DNA of 64,000 bases, taken from a plasmid. The stretch lies in NCBI RefSeq assembly GCF_054482525.1, contig NZ_JBTHVG010000003.1; one strand, given 5' to 3'. How positions within the stretch are numbered: position 1 is the stretch's first letter; each line of letters begins with the position of its first letter. Made by a program: the position numbers and the translations under genes. Positions 40,658-50,139 of this stretch are shown piece after piece. Below the pieces are notes generated by a model. It worked only from the letters and a program-made list of their open reading frames with translations. It was not told the DNA's origin and did no database searches.

Positions 40658-40697
40658 AAAAGGCCCCATCGGTAAATTGTTGGGGCTTTTTCTTTGC
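40658..40697 (+). terminator. Rho-independent terminator ending the relaxase operon
   Basis: aaaaggcccca...tggggcttttt hairpin plus T-run. Confidence 0.6.
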
Positions 40698-40909
40698 GTA
40701 GTTCTGATACGGTTTATCCTGTGGAGCATTATGGCCACCAGCCAGCTGGTGACTGGCCAACGCTTTGTATGACGTAGCCTACTCAGGGCAGGCTATTTTA
40801 GAGGGACCGATTTTTATCCGGGCTAATTTAGAAAGAGATAATTTGAACTTAGGCGGGCTGACCACCAGCAGAGAGGTAAATCACTAGCCGGTGATATTGA
40901 CAGAAGTCG

Positions 40910-41272
40910 TCAGGGGTTTAACGCCGGAATATTTTGCCAGGCCTCCTGCAAGGTCTGCAAGACTTCTACAAGTGATAGTGACGGCCACAGGACTGTTTCC
41001 GTCATTATCACTCCAGGTGGCTCGCACTCTACTGGTACCAGAATTAAAACAACACGAGTTCCTTTTACCTGGTAGGCAAGGTTTACTGCCGGTTGGCGGT
41101 AGGAGGCCAGTACACCCTCACCATATTGAGCAGGGTTACTTGCCCAGTTCCGCACCATTGCATACACCTGAGGCATATACCGACTATCCAGATCCCCTTT
41201 GGGCCGTCTGAACGGCACGATTTCTTCTGAGCGGTAGGTGGTCGTTGTTGTATTGGTTGTCATCTTTGTCAC
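40910..41272 (-). CDS. Hypothetical protein
   Basis: 120-aa ORF in minus-strand array. Confidence 0.35.
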   Translation of the reverse strand: MTKMTTNTTTTTYRSEEIVPFRRPKGDLDSRYMPQVYAMVRNWASNPAQYGEGVLASYRQPAVNLAYQVKGTRVVLILVPVECEPPGVIMTETVLWPSLSLVEVLQTLQEAWQNIPALNP

Positions 41273-41328
41273 CTCCCCTGTTCGTCCATTTAGAGTTTTA
41301 AGCTGCTTTACACATCACACTCAACTGA

Positions 41329-41613
41329 TTATTTAAGCTGGTCATCGTCTCTGGCCAGCATAGCCCAACCATTCGACTGGTTTTCGCGGGAGTAAGGATT
41401 CATTTCAAAATAACTATCTACCGCGTCGCTGTCCGCAACAGAACTGTTGTTAGCTCTCTTTGAACCCTGAACCACTACAGCATCAACCTCTGCGGCTTTC
41501 CCGTTGCGCTGTACCAGGATTTTAACCGTCTTGGGCTTACGTCTTGCGAGCAGTTTGTTGGCGATAAAAAGCACAACAATCCAGGCCAAAAGCACGTATA
41601 AAAATTTATTCAT
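41329..41613 (-). CDS. Small membrane-anchored protein, hypothetical
   Basis: N-terminal TM; palindrome copy 164 bp upstream. Confidence 0.4.
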   Translation of the reverse strand: MNKFLYVLLAWIVVLFIANKLLARRKPKTVKILVQRNGKAAEVDAVVVQGSKRANNSSVADSDAVDSYFEMNPYSRENQSNGWAMLARDDDQLK

Positions 41614-41776
41614 AATGCCCTCCTTTGTATGTGATTATTATACCTGCTTCCATTGCAGGCCAAACAGGTTCGGTGTATGAAAAATAGACTTCTCTCCGGC
41701 GTATAGCAATCTACTTACTGATCTGTTTTCGTATCAAACTGTATGGCATAACCGAGGGGCGTACGTGGTGAGTCAG

Positions 41777-41787
41777 AAAGTTACTTT
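41777..41787. promoter_or_regulatory. AAAGT(A/T)ACTTT palindrome copy
   Basis: aGAAAGTTACTTTTCCgt; upstream of gene 41329..41613. Confidence 0.5.
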
Positions 41788-41969
41788 TCCGTAATAGTTA
41801 ATTTCAGATCCTTCTTCCAGTTACGCTTCAGTATAAAACCGATACCCTCTAATTCAGCATCCTTCACGTTTAATACGCTTCACTTTAAGGCAGGGCTTTT
41901 CGGTTGATATGAATTCTTTTTCCGGTTGCTGGACATGGGTTTCATCCTGATAGTTAAAATTGCAGGCTA

Positions 41970-42272
41970 TCAGTCACCACCACCACCTCCTCCTCCTCCT
42001 CCTCCACCGCCACCATCACAACCACCAGCTATGCTATTTTCACCATTACAATCACCTCCGAGGGGGTTCAAATGGCTGCTCCCCTGTAGATGGTGTCCTT
42101 GCCAGATCGAACCCGAACCAGCGCCTCCTGAGCGTCTTTGCTTGCCCTGAGGCAATTGTGCAGGCTCACCAGCACCGGCGGTCCCAAAAATGTCCCGGGC
42201 AATTTTATAAAGAAGGTAAAAAGGTACGCCCAGCATCATAAAAAAGATTCCTGAAAATATTACACGTTCCAT
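41970..42272 (-). CDS. Small membrane protein with C-terminal poly-glycine tract
   Basis: N-terminal TM then Gly-rich tail ending G13-D; tract encoded by the CCN repeat. Confidence 0.35.
   Translation of the reverse strand: MERVIFSGIFFMMLGVPFYLLYKIARDIFGTAGAGEPAQLPQGKQRRSGGAGSGSIWQGHHLQGSSHLNPLGGDCNGENSIAGGCDGGGGGGGGGGGGGD
41976..42030. repeat. Trinucleotide (CCN)n tract (~14 units; CCA/CCT/CCG)
   Basis: ccaccaccaccacctcctcctcctcctcctccaccgccacca read directly. Confidence 0.8.
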
Positions 42273-42704
42273 TGATGATCTCCTGTCTTGTGAGAGACCA
42301 GTTATATCAGGGTGATTCAGTATTTCCGTTTAGAAAAGAGTACTAATTTGGCCCTGTTCGATCTTAATTTGCCATCCGGGAAAAAGTCATAGGGATAGGC
42401 CTGCCAGAGTCAATAACTTCCAGTGATCTGGAGGAGACCCCGGCTCTCTGAGCCCTCATGGATGGTACGGCTTTACCCCCTGTAAACAGATTCACGTTCC
42501 GCAGGACAAACATCGACTACTGACGTCTCATATTTGCTGACGCTAATCCGACGTCTCATTGCCGTCTGCTTGTTTTCTTTAAAGGGTGTATTAGACGAAT
42601 ATCAAATCGGAATGGTAGGGGATGTGTGGGCACCATGCCCGGCCCTCTTTGAGCATCTGAGAGATTGGAGACCTAGCCGGGTAAGATAGCTACTTTCTTA
42701 CGGG

Positions 42705-43073
42705 TTACCCTTCAAATCCAAAGACGAAACGGACGCTGCCGTTCTCCACGTGGAGACGCTTTACTTCTTCGACAAATTCCTGGATCACCTCTCCGGCGTT
42801 ATCGGGTGGTATGGCTGACAAAATTTCTTCCGAAGTCAGCCATGAGTATGAATGTTCACCGAATAAATCATCATCTTCGGACGGTATATCATCAGGTAAT
42901 CCGCGTAATGCGTGGATAAAAACTGCTGATGTGCTCGCCCTTTCACGATCTACATCAAATCCGAGCCAGGCAAAGTGGAGATATGATCGGTCCCCTTTAT
43001 AATTGCTTGATAAATTAATCCATTTACCAGGCTTTTCTTCCCTTTGAAATCGCCAGCAGATATCAACGCCCAT
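42705..43073 (-). CDS. Hypothetical protein
   Basis: 122-aa ORF. Confidence 0.35.
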   Translation of the reverse strand: MGVDICWRFQREEKPGKWINLSSNYKGDRSYLHFAWLGFDVDRERASTSAVFIHALRGLPDDIPSEDDDLFGEHSYSWLTSEEILSAIPPDNAGEVIQEFVEEVKRLHVENGSVRFVFGFEG

Positions 43074-43237
43074 TAAGAAACTCCATTACTATCGTTCGTA
43101 TGAGATAACTATCATTTCAGAATACTATGACTTCTTCCCGTATAGAACTAATCGCTCACGCCAACTGGGCGAAGCCAACCGGTTCCGCCACTTCGCTCAT
43201 TGGTTTTTAGGCGTAAGCACTGAAGCCAGTCTCCATG

Positions 43238-43780
43238 CTAACTGGCGAGCCTGCGAAAGTCAGACTCGTTGTTATAAAGCGGCATATCGTAAGCGGTGTC
43301 TGAAATGAACATGCGGATCTGCTCAAGCGTCATGCCACAATGAAAACGGTTTACGCTCACATTGGCCCGGGGGAAGTCAGCACAAAACGCATTCAAAACA
43401 TTTTCATGGACAATGCCAATGTTGATCAACGCAGCTGGCCCGTTGTCACGGAAGGATACGACACGGAATCCCCCATACCAGCCTGAATGGGAGAAAAATG
43501 AAAATGCGCCGGATGCCAGACCATTAGACAGGTCATAGCGCAATTTCCCGCACAGAGACTGGCTGTCTTTGCTGTACACGCGATTAATGAAAATACCGGG
43601 ACCAACTTCTACCGGCTGCTTGTTGCTTGCTAAACACGGAAAGCCCACCAGCGAAACCTCCCTTTCTCCTGACCAGTTTACCTGATACCCGGCAGTGAGA
43701 AAGTCCGTCAGTTCTACGCCAGAAAGAGCATTAATGGCCGCGATATCGGTAGTCAAAATATTTACGTTTTTCATATTCAT
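43238..43780 (-). CDS. Hypothetical protein
   Basis: 180-aa ORF. Confidence 0.4.
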   Translation of the reverse strand: MNMKNVNILTTDIAAINALSGVELTDFLTAGYQVNWSGEREVSLVGFPCLASNKQPVEVGPGIFINRVYSKDSQSLCGKLRYDLSNGLASGAFSFFSHSGWYGGFRVVSFRDNGPAALINIGIVHENVLNAFCADFPRANVSVNRFHCGMTLEQIRMFISDTAYDMPLYNNESDFRRLAS

Positions 43781-43841
43781 CTCATCTTTATTCTAAAGTG
43801 CGTTTTTTGTCTATCAGCCCGAGGATTGAAAATTTGAATAT

Positions 43842-44279
43842 TTAATGTGACAGATAAATACCTGTCACTTTTTCAAAAACAGCCTGTAATTGAATATCGA
43901 GAGAGTTCATTTTAAAATCCACCAGCTCAGCTTTATTATCGCAAACCAAATAAAAATAGGAGTCAAATGCGTCTGTATCTTCATCTTTAAAAATACGGAA
44001 GGAATTAATTTTATCATGCCCTTCAAATTCGGCATGAATACCATAGCGAACCGAGCCGTCATCGAACTGAACAACCCGTCGTACAGAATTAATCCGGACG
44101 TACTGTTTTAAGGCCCTCGCGAAATCGGCATTTAACGCCAACGCTCGTAAGATTGAATCAGCGGTTTCATTCTGCTTTTTACGATCGTATTCAAATATCC
44201 CACAGCCGGTGTTACGAAAGACCGGCTGAAGAGCATTAACCAGGTTGAAGGAATCCACGTTTCTGTCGTTTCTGTACAT
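43842..44279 (-). CDS. Hypothetical protein
   Basis: 145-aa ORF. Confidence 0.4.
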   Translation of the reverse strand: MYRNDRNVDSFNLVNALQPVFRNTGCGIFEYDRKKQNETADSILRALALNADFARALKQYVRINSVRRVVQFDDGSVRYGIHAEFEGHDKINSFRIFKDEDTDAFDSYFYLVCDNKAELVDFKMNSLDIQLQAVFEKVTGIYLSH

Positions 44280-44323
44280 GAGATATCTCCTGCCCCTCCG
44301 CTATACGAAGGGGCTTGATAGGG

Positions 44324-44620
44324 TTACTGCCAGGCTGCGATCACTTCTTCGCACTGGAAATGAGATAAGCACTGCTGGAGTAGAAGAGCCAGCACCGCTG
44401 TGTTAGGGACGCGATTGTTACACCACGCGTTGAAAAGCAGCTGCCATGGACCGGCATAATACCCGGCCAGTTTCTTTTTTTGTTTAGCTGTACGGCAGCG
44501 GGAAATGGCCTGCTGATAAAGGCTTTCATTCTCATCACCAGCCCGTTTTTGCAGAGTGCGATAAATATACGAATAAAGACTGTCAGAACAGTTTGAAGCG
44601 TACGCCAGTTGTTTTTTCAT
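44324..44620 (-). CDS. Hypothetical protein
   Basis: 98-aa ORF. Confidence 0.3.
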   Translation of the reverse strand: MKKQLAYASNCSDSLYSYIYRTLQKRAGDENESLYQQAISRCRTAKQKKKLAGYYAGPWQLLFNAWCNNRVPNTAVLALLLQQCLSHFQCEEVIAAWQ

Positions 44621-44740
44621 AATACCTCCTGTTTAGAAGTATTATATGTAAACAGCCTCAGCGGCTAATAACCCGTAGCAATATAATTTGCATTTTTTCT
44701 ATTTCTGAAGACGCTTTTTAAATTAATATTTACTGAGTTA

Positions 44741-45019
44741 TCACAACTTATTATTCTTCCCGTCTGCTGTTTTATTAATCCCCCAGTTAGTAATCACGCC
44801 AAGTCGGCGCAATTTTTCACGTTGTTCATAAATAAAAAAATCGCCAAGGCAGTCTTTTAAAACTTCACTATCCTGATATTTTATTTTTTGAAGCATCCTC
44901 GCAACTATGGCGCGTTTCAGGAATATGGCTGCATCAGACTCAAGCATTTGTGAGGACTGTCTGACGGTCTCCTGCATGTCGACGATACTGCTGAGCTTTC
45001 GTCTGACCACGCTTAGCAT
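44741..45019 (-). CDS. Hypothetical protein
   Basis: 92-aa ORF. Confidence 0.3.
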   Translation of the reverse strand: MLSVVRRKLSSIVDMQETVRQSSQMLESDAAIFLKRAIVARMLQKIKYQDSEVLKDCLGDFFIYEQREKLRRLGVITNWGINKTADGKNNKL

Positions 45020-45203
45020 AGTGTCCGGGAACCGCTTAGCGGCTGAATGTAACCCGCAACAACGTTACGCATTGTTTTACTCACTGCAATTTTCCATTTA
45101 AGTCTGTTTGTTCCACCAGCTGCTAACATCAGCGTTATTCATCCTGAGGTTTCGCCCGCGATTGACAGATCAGAGGCAGCATGGATGAAATTGCCAGAGT
45201 AGA

Positions 45204-45485
45204 TCACTGCATACGCGAATAGTGGTTTGTATTCAGTTCTGCGTTTGCCTGCTTTTCCAGTGCTGTCATAACCCGGCGGAGCATCGCCAGAGCCTGAACA
45301 GGCGAGCTCCCAAACTGCACTTTCACTTCAGCCGTATCATGATCCTGAATCAGGTCGAGTATATTCACTTCGATCCCTGCCCCGTTTTCATCTTTTGCCG
45401 TGCACTGAATACTTACCCGGGTCACCGAATCCGTCAGGACTGGCAGTGGGTTAGTTTTGTCTACGTTGATAACAGCCTTCTTCAT
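45204..45485 (-). CDS. Hypothetical protein
   Basis: 93-aa ORF directly downstream of the ParB-like gene. Confidence 0.35.
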   Translation of the reverse strand: MKKAVINVDKTNPLPVLTDSVTRVSIQCTAKDENGAGIEVNILDLIQDHDTAEVKVQFGSSPVQALAMLRRVMTALEKQANAELNTNHYSRMQ

Positions 45486-45550
45486 TGCCCTGTTTCCCCT
45501 TGTCCTGAAAAAGTTACCGACCCGTCCGGATGGAGGGGTCGGTCAGAAAA

Positions 45551-46735
45551 TCATGACTGTCCCTTGTTCATCTTATCAGCATGCTTACGCAGGTACTCTT
45601 TCAGGTCAGCATGAGCGTTGATGATATCGTTCATTTCATCATTGGTCAGAACAAGCGTGTAAGTATCAGTACTGACAGATTCACCTTCTTTAAGCTTGGC
45701 TTCTTCAGCAATACGTTCAAAAATCGGGATCGCGGTGTCTGCAATGACGGTCACAGTCTTTTTGTTCAGAACGCTGGACATGGAAGGTGCTTTACCTGCC
45801 GGGTTCTGTTTAGGAGCGCTGTCCTTTGGAGCTGGAGCCGGTTCCTGTACCGGTGGCGTATCCAGCGTCTCCGTATTGCTTTCATCGTTCAGTTGATCCG
45901 GTACCGGGGTGTTATCGGTAGTATCATCTGCCGGTTGCTCAGCACCGATGTTTTCCGGAGTCTGCGGATCTGCCATGCGCTCTTCTACCTTGGCAGCTTT
46001 GACGAATTTCAGCGTGTTTTTCGTCGCCTTGCCATAGATGGAGATCGCTTTGTTGATGTTATCTACCGCATCCTCACCGCTGTACATATACTCGTCCAGT
46101 GCAACGTACATGCTCACCTGATCGCTCACAAGCATGGTCTGTAGTTCAGAAGGCAGGTCCAGTACGCGAACCATCTGGCGAAGATGCTGCTCTGATTTAC
46201 CACGTTTTTTTGCCAGTTCCGCAAAGGTCTTAGGCTCTTCTTTATCTTCAACCAGACGCTTAATTGAAAGCGCTTCAGCTACGACAGACAGCGCCAGGTT
46301 GGAGTTGCCGGTCAGGGTGAAGAGTTCTGCTTTTGAAGCGCTACCGCGAAACTCTTCGCAGCGAATACGAGTAATGCGTTCACGCCCTTCTGCTTCCAGC
46401 TGGCGGTTTGCAATAGCGATGGAACGGATACGGCAAGCCCCCTGACGCAGTACAGGTACGCCATTAACCATCTGAACAACGATAGGCGTCACGCTGAACG
46501 GGTCTTCCATGTAGGCATCGGCCAGGCTGTTCAGGTGTTCCACAACGTGAGGCATTGAATAGTAGAGCTCGCCCATACCGGCCGTGCGGGTGTTAAAGCC
46601 TTCCTGCTCTACAACAACCGAAGGGTCAATGATAAGGCCGTTGCCTTTACGGGCACCGTTACCAGTGCGTTCCAGGTAACCACGAAGGCTGATTTCGTTG
46701 CTGTTGTTTTTTACTTCAGTTTCGATTGCGGACAT
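45551..46735 (-). CDS. ParB/KorB-like protein (ParB N-terminal domain, putative HTH, acidic Pro-rich linker, C-terminal domain)
   Basis: N-terminal ...GNGLIIDPSVVVEQEGFNTRT...; ...HLRQMVRVLDLPSELQ... HTH-like; two palindrome copies upstream. Confidence 0.55.
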   Translation of the reverse strand: MSAIETEVKNNSNEISLRGYLERTGNGARKGNGLIIDPSVVVEQEGFNTRTAGMGELYYSMPHVVEHLNSLADAYMEDPFSVTPIVVQMVNGVPVLRQGACRIRSIAIANRQLEAEGRERITRIRCEEFRGSASKAELFTLTGNSNLALSVVAEALSIKRLVEDKEEPKTFAELAKKRGKSEQHLRQMVRVLDLPSELQTMLVSDQVSMYVALDEYMYSGEDAVDNINKAISIYGKATKNTLKFVKAAKVEERMADPQTPENIGAEQPADDTTDNTPVPDQLNDESNTETLDTPPVQEPAPAPKDSAPKQNPAGKAPSMSSVLNKKTVTVIADTAIPIFERIAEEAKLKEGESVSTDTYTLVLTNDEMNDIINAHADLKEYLRKHADKMNKGQS

Positions 46736-46825
46736 TTTTGTTCTCTTTTTTGGTTGGTTGTTTAACTGCGCTACAACACAACAATACCAGGTTCGACATT
46801 TTTCCTAATAGGTTGCGGAGAAGAA

Positions 46826-46836
46826 AAAGTAACTTT
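46826..46836. promoter_or_regulatory. AAAGT(A/T)ACTTT palindrome copy
   Basis: aAAAAGTAACTTTTTTta; 91 bp upstream of the ParB-like gene. Confidence 0.5.
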
Positions 46837-46951
46837 TTTTAAAAATTTTCCTGAGGCAATACTACTCGATCCGTCCGTTTTAAATCTTCACAACAGTGGG
46901 CCGTTTTTACGTTTAAGCAAAATAACTGGTTCAGAAGGTGACTCAGAGAGA

Positions 46952-46962
46952 AAAGTTACTTT
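46952..46962. promoter_or_regulatory. AAAGT(A/T)ACTTT palindrome copy
   Basis: gAAAAGTTACTTTTCCgg; second copy upstream of the ParB-like gene. Confidence 0.5.
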
Positions 46963-47150
46963 TCCGGTTGTCTGGGCCAGTGATGGGAGAGTGGCAGGAC
47001 AGGAATGGCTAAACCGGTGCGGGTCTCTTGTAAGTCGCAGGGGATTCAGGAGATATAGAGGTAAACTGGTACGTTCAGTTTTTGGATTGAGCCGGGCTTT
47101 TGGCCCGGGCTTAAGGAAGCAGAAATTTGAACGAACTGGCAGGTAATGCT

Positions 47151-47381
47151 TTATGCCGCCGACAGCTGGCCGTCAGTGCTTTGCTGTTCTGGTTTGACAG
47201 TTGGGGGATAACCGGCAGTTAGCCGCTGGCATTCCGCATCACAGAAAGCCCTGAGGTTGCTGAAGACGGACTCCATGAAATCAGCATGAGCATACGAGTC
47301 TACAGGACGTGTCTTGTTATCTTTCATCTTGTTCTCCTCAATCATTATTAAAACCAGCGGATTTAGTTTCTGGCGCTCCAT
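47151..47381 (-). CDS. Small hypothetical protein
   Basis: 76-aa ORF divergent from the plus-strand operon. Confidence 0.3.
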   Translation of the reverse strand: MERQKLNPLVLIMIEENKMKDNKTRPVDSYAHADFMESVFSNLRAFCDAECQRLTAGYPPTVKPEQQSTDGQLSAA

Positions 47382-47836
47382 CTGCTGACCGGCTTTCCCA
47401 GAGAGCAGCGATGTGTCGGGTTCTTTTTCTCATTTTATCGTTTTCATCGGGCCCATCCGGGCGTATAAGAGACCGATTTGGCATGTTTAGGAAACGTACT
47501 GGCGTAATTAAAAGCTGAGGTTGGATTTGGAATAAAAGGATGCTTTTCCCGTTTGTCGGGTCTTTCGCCACCGCTGCACGATGATTCTGTCAGGCATTCT
47601 GCGCCCTCCCAGGCTGCACATCTGGAAACAAGCGTTGGGATGTTCCCTTCCCCTGCTCACCGTAGAAAGATCGGCAAGTCCCGACGGTCGTTCCGTACGA
47701 GCCGGGTCCAAATAATGAATAAATAAAACGCCGCTTCAATTGTATTGACAATAGAAGTCAGGAGGATCATAGTGTCATTCATGGTGCGGCTTTCACACCA
47801 CCGCCCCGGCGGTACCGGGCAGAACTGGAGTACCTC

Positions 47837-48781
47837 ATGAAACTTTCCCGTCAGACGACTTCTGATACTTCTGTTGATGGCCGTTCACGCGCATATGCCT
47901 GGGGCCGTGTCCATTATTTCATTATCGAACATGCACCAATGGCTGAGCTGGTCGCTATTGACGAGCTGCTGGAAAAAGCTGGCTGGAGCAATGACGGCTG
48001 TCCGAACTATGAGAAAGATGACGAGTTTGGTAATGCTGGTTACAGCTGTGGTTACTGGATCGATATTGACAGCGTGGGAAGCTTCAAGGCTGACTACAAA
48101 CGTCTTAAGGGGGAGATTAGTGCGCATATCGCCTCAAAGGCGGCAGAGGTGGAGATCCGCGTACTGGACTCGATGTCCGACAAAGAATGTAAAGATGTTG
48201 CCTCGGTGGCATCTACTGTTCGCCGTGACTTACGTACGCAGTCCGAATCGCTTCATTCACTGCGTACAATCGTAACGGTTGATCATTACAATCCCTATGT
48301 GACCACCAGCCGCCCGCTGAGCATTTCCGCCTGGACACTTATCCACGACTGTCTGAAAACAGGCACCATCAATGACGTCTGTTCACGGTTGAGTTCATTA
48401 ATCCTGCACTCTGAAGCCGCGATTGCCCGTTGTAAGGGAAGCTCCGACTACTCTTCGGAACACGCTCAGCTATCGTTTTTTGCTGGTAACGACTATGTCA
48501 CCAGACGCACCCTTGTTGATGCAGCTCACGAAGAGGCTCTGCGAATGAACCGCCGCTTTGATGAACGCATTGCAATGAACGCGGATTCTGATGCCAGAAG
48601 GCTCCAGTGCGAATTCAACCTTAGCAACCATGTCGTACAGCGTAGGACCGTTGAATCTGCTCATATCCAGGCACTCAATGAAGACGTCACCCGTTCACAG
48701 GCGGAACCACGCTGCCCTGGAAAGCTTCTTCTGAATATGACCAGTCATGAGGAAGTGCGGGACTCACTGAGCGCCTGTTAG
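47837..48781 (+). CDS. Hypothetical protein
   Basis: 314-aa ORF, first gene of a 4-gene plus-strand operon. Confidence 0.45.
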   Translation: MKLSRQTTSDTSVDGRSRAYAWGRVHYFIIEHAPMAELVAIDELLEKAGWSNDGCPNYEKDDEFGNAGYSCGYWIDIDSVGSFKADYKRLKGEISAHIASKAAEVEIRVLDSMSDKECKDVASVASTVRRDLRTQSESLHSLRTIVTVDHYNPYVTTSRPLSISAWTLIHDCLKTGTINDVCSRLSSLILHSEAAIARCKGSSDYSSEHAQLSFFAGNDYVTRRTLVDAAHEEALRMNRRFDERIAMNADSDARRLQCEFNLSNHVVQRRTVESAHIQALNEDVTRSQAEPRCPGKLLLNMTSHEEVRDSLSAC

Positions 48782-48877
48782 TCCAGCGACACCCCCTGCG
48801 GCTCTACTACCGGGCCGCAGTCTGCTCCTGCCCAGATGGTGCCAGTGGTGTAATGAATTTGTTTAATAAGGCTAAGT

Positions 48878-49480
48878 ATGATGAATAAAGAACAACTAAT
48901 CGACAAACTGGAACGCGTGGTATGTGGTCAGTACTCCTACGAAATGCAGGAGCTTGCGTATTCGGCCCTCTGCTGCATTAAAGGCACCCCGGACGACTGC
49001 GCTAAGTTCCCTGTTACGCGTCCGCTGCCTGACACCTTAGTGGACGTATGGGACGAAATCGGGCAATACCTTGGCACAGGCAAAGCCATTGAAACTCGCA
49101 GTTGCGGCGTTTCGCTTCTGCTTCATGGACACTGCTACGATTCAAATCATGTGCTTTACTGGCGCAATGCTGGCGCACTTCCAGCAGCTTGCGATACGCC
49201 ACTGGCTGGTGGGTCTCGCAAACTGTTCACCTGCTCAGCCTGTGGAGTGGACGGTCTGGATGAACCACCTGAAACCAGTTGCCACTGCTGCACAGAGGGG
49301 GCCCACTGGGTTGAGAGCAGGCTCTTCACCTCCGGGCAGGCAGACCCTGAAGAATTTAGACCCGTGGCGGTCGTGAAAGAGTGTGCAGGCTCAACGCCGG
49401 ATGATCGGCTTATCTGGAGTGTGATTGAACAGCTCAACGGCGAACTGGCGGAAGGCGATAAACTATTTAAGCGACGCTGA
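48878..49480 (+). CDS. Cysteine-rich hypothetical protein
   Basis: 200 aa with many Cys in CxxC-like spacing (CGQ..., ALCC, CSAC, CHCC). Confidence 0.45.
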   Translation: MMNKEQLIDKLERVVCGQYSYEMQELAYSALCCIKGTPDDCAKFPVTRPLPDTLVDVWDEIGQYLGTGKAIETRSCGVSLLLHGHCYDSNHVLYWRNAGALPAACDTPLAGGSRKLFTCSACGVDGLDEPPETSCHCCTEGAHWVESRLFTSGQADPEEFRPVAVVKECAGSTPDDRLIWSVIEQLNGELAEGDKLFKRR

Positions 49481-49533
49481 CAGATCACGGCAGCATTTAT
49501 AACAGACGAACTCCAGAATAATTTAAAGCAACC

Positions 49534-49890
49534 ATGAACATGAAAAAGCCCAAAGCTGCATTACAGAATGCCATGAAAGAAGATGTGCCAGCTGTGACAC
49601 AGATTCAGATGCGATCTACGGTTTCCAGAAAGGTTCGCTATGTAAAACAGGCAAATCGAGAGGGTCTGAAATTATCTGAGTGGATGTCGCGGCATCTCGA
49701 CGCTGTCTGTGATACCGCAGATGAGATTCATAAAGGCAAACGCTCAACTCCGGTTGCGCCTGGGAAGATTCCCCCAGAGGTATACCAGGTGATATACGAT
49801 CAGTGCGGCGGGTTCGTGGAGTGTGATGCTAATGCCCAGGTTATCTGGGAAGCCTGCCGTAATGCCATTCTTAACGGAGACAAAGGGTAA
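49534..49890 (+). CDS. Hypothetical protein
   Basis: 118-aa ORF. Confidence 0.4.
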   Translation: MNMKKPKAALQNAMKEDVPAVTQIQMRSTVSRKVRYVKQANREGLKLSEWMSRHLDAVCDTADEIHKGKRSTPVAPGKIPPEVYQVIYDQCGGFVECDANAQVIWEACRNAILNGDKG

Positions 49891-49920
49891 ACGGCAGGTA
49901 TCGCCTGTCATTTTACCCTT

Positions 49921-50139
49921 GTGAGGACAATACTGATGAACCATGAGAGCCGAACTGTATACCTGAACACGGCCATTGAGGCCCTGCTGAAAGCTGAGGC
50001 GGCTCTGAACGATCTGGCATTAGCCTATGAGCTTAAACCTGATGAAAAGGCAAGCGCATGCCATCCCAGAACCGGCACACTTTCCACTGCGTCCCAGGTA
50101 AAAAAACTCCGCCGTGTCCTTGAGAAGCAGAAGGTATGA
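49921..50139 (+). CDS. Small hypothetical protein
   Basis: 72-aa ORF; terminator downstream. Confidence 0.35.
   Translation: MRTILMNHESRTVYLNTAIEALLKAEAALNDLALAYELKPDEKASACHPRTGTLSTASQVKKLRRVLEKQKV

Noticed and set aside
41926-42150. Plus-strand poly-Pro ORF over the CCN repeat
   Set aside because: Minus-strand frame preferred because it is co-directional with the surrounding array and has a TM N-terminus; not resolved, noted in the triplet-repeat finding.
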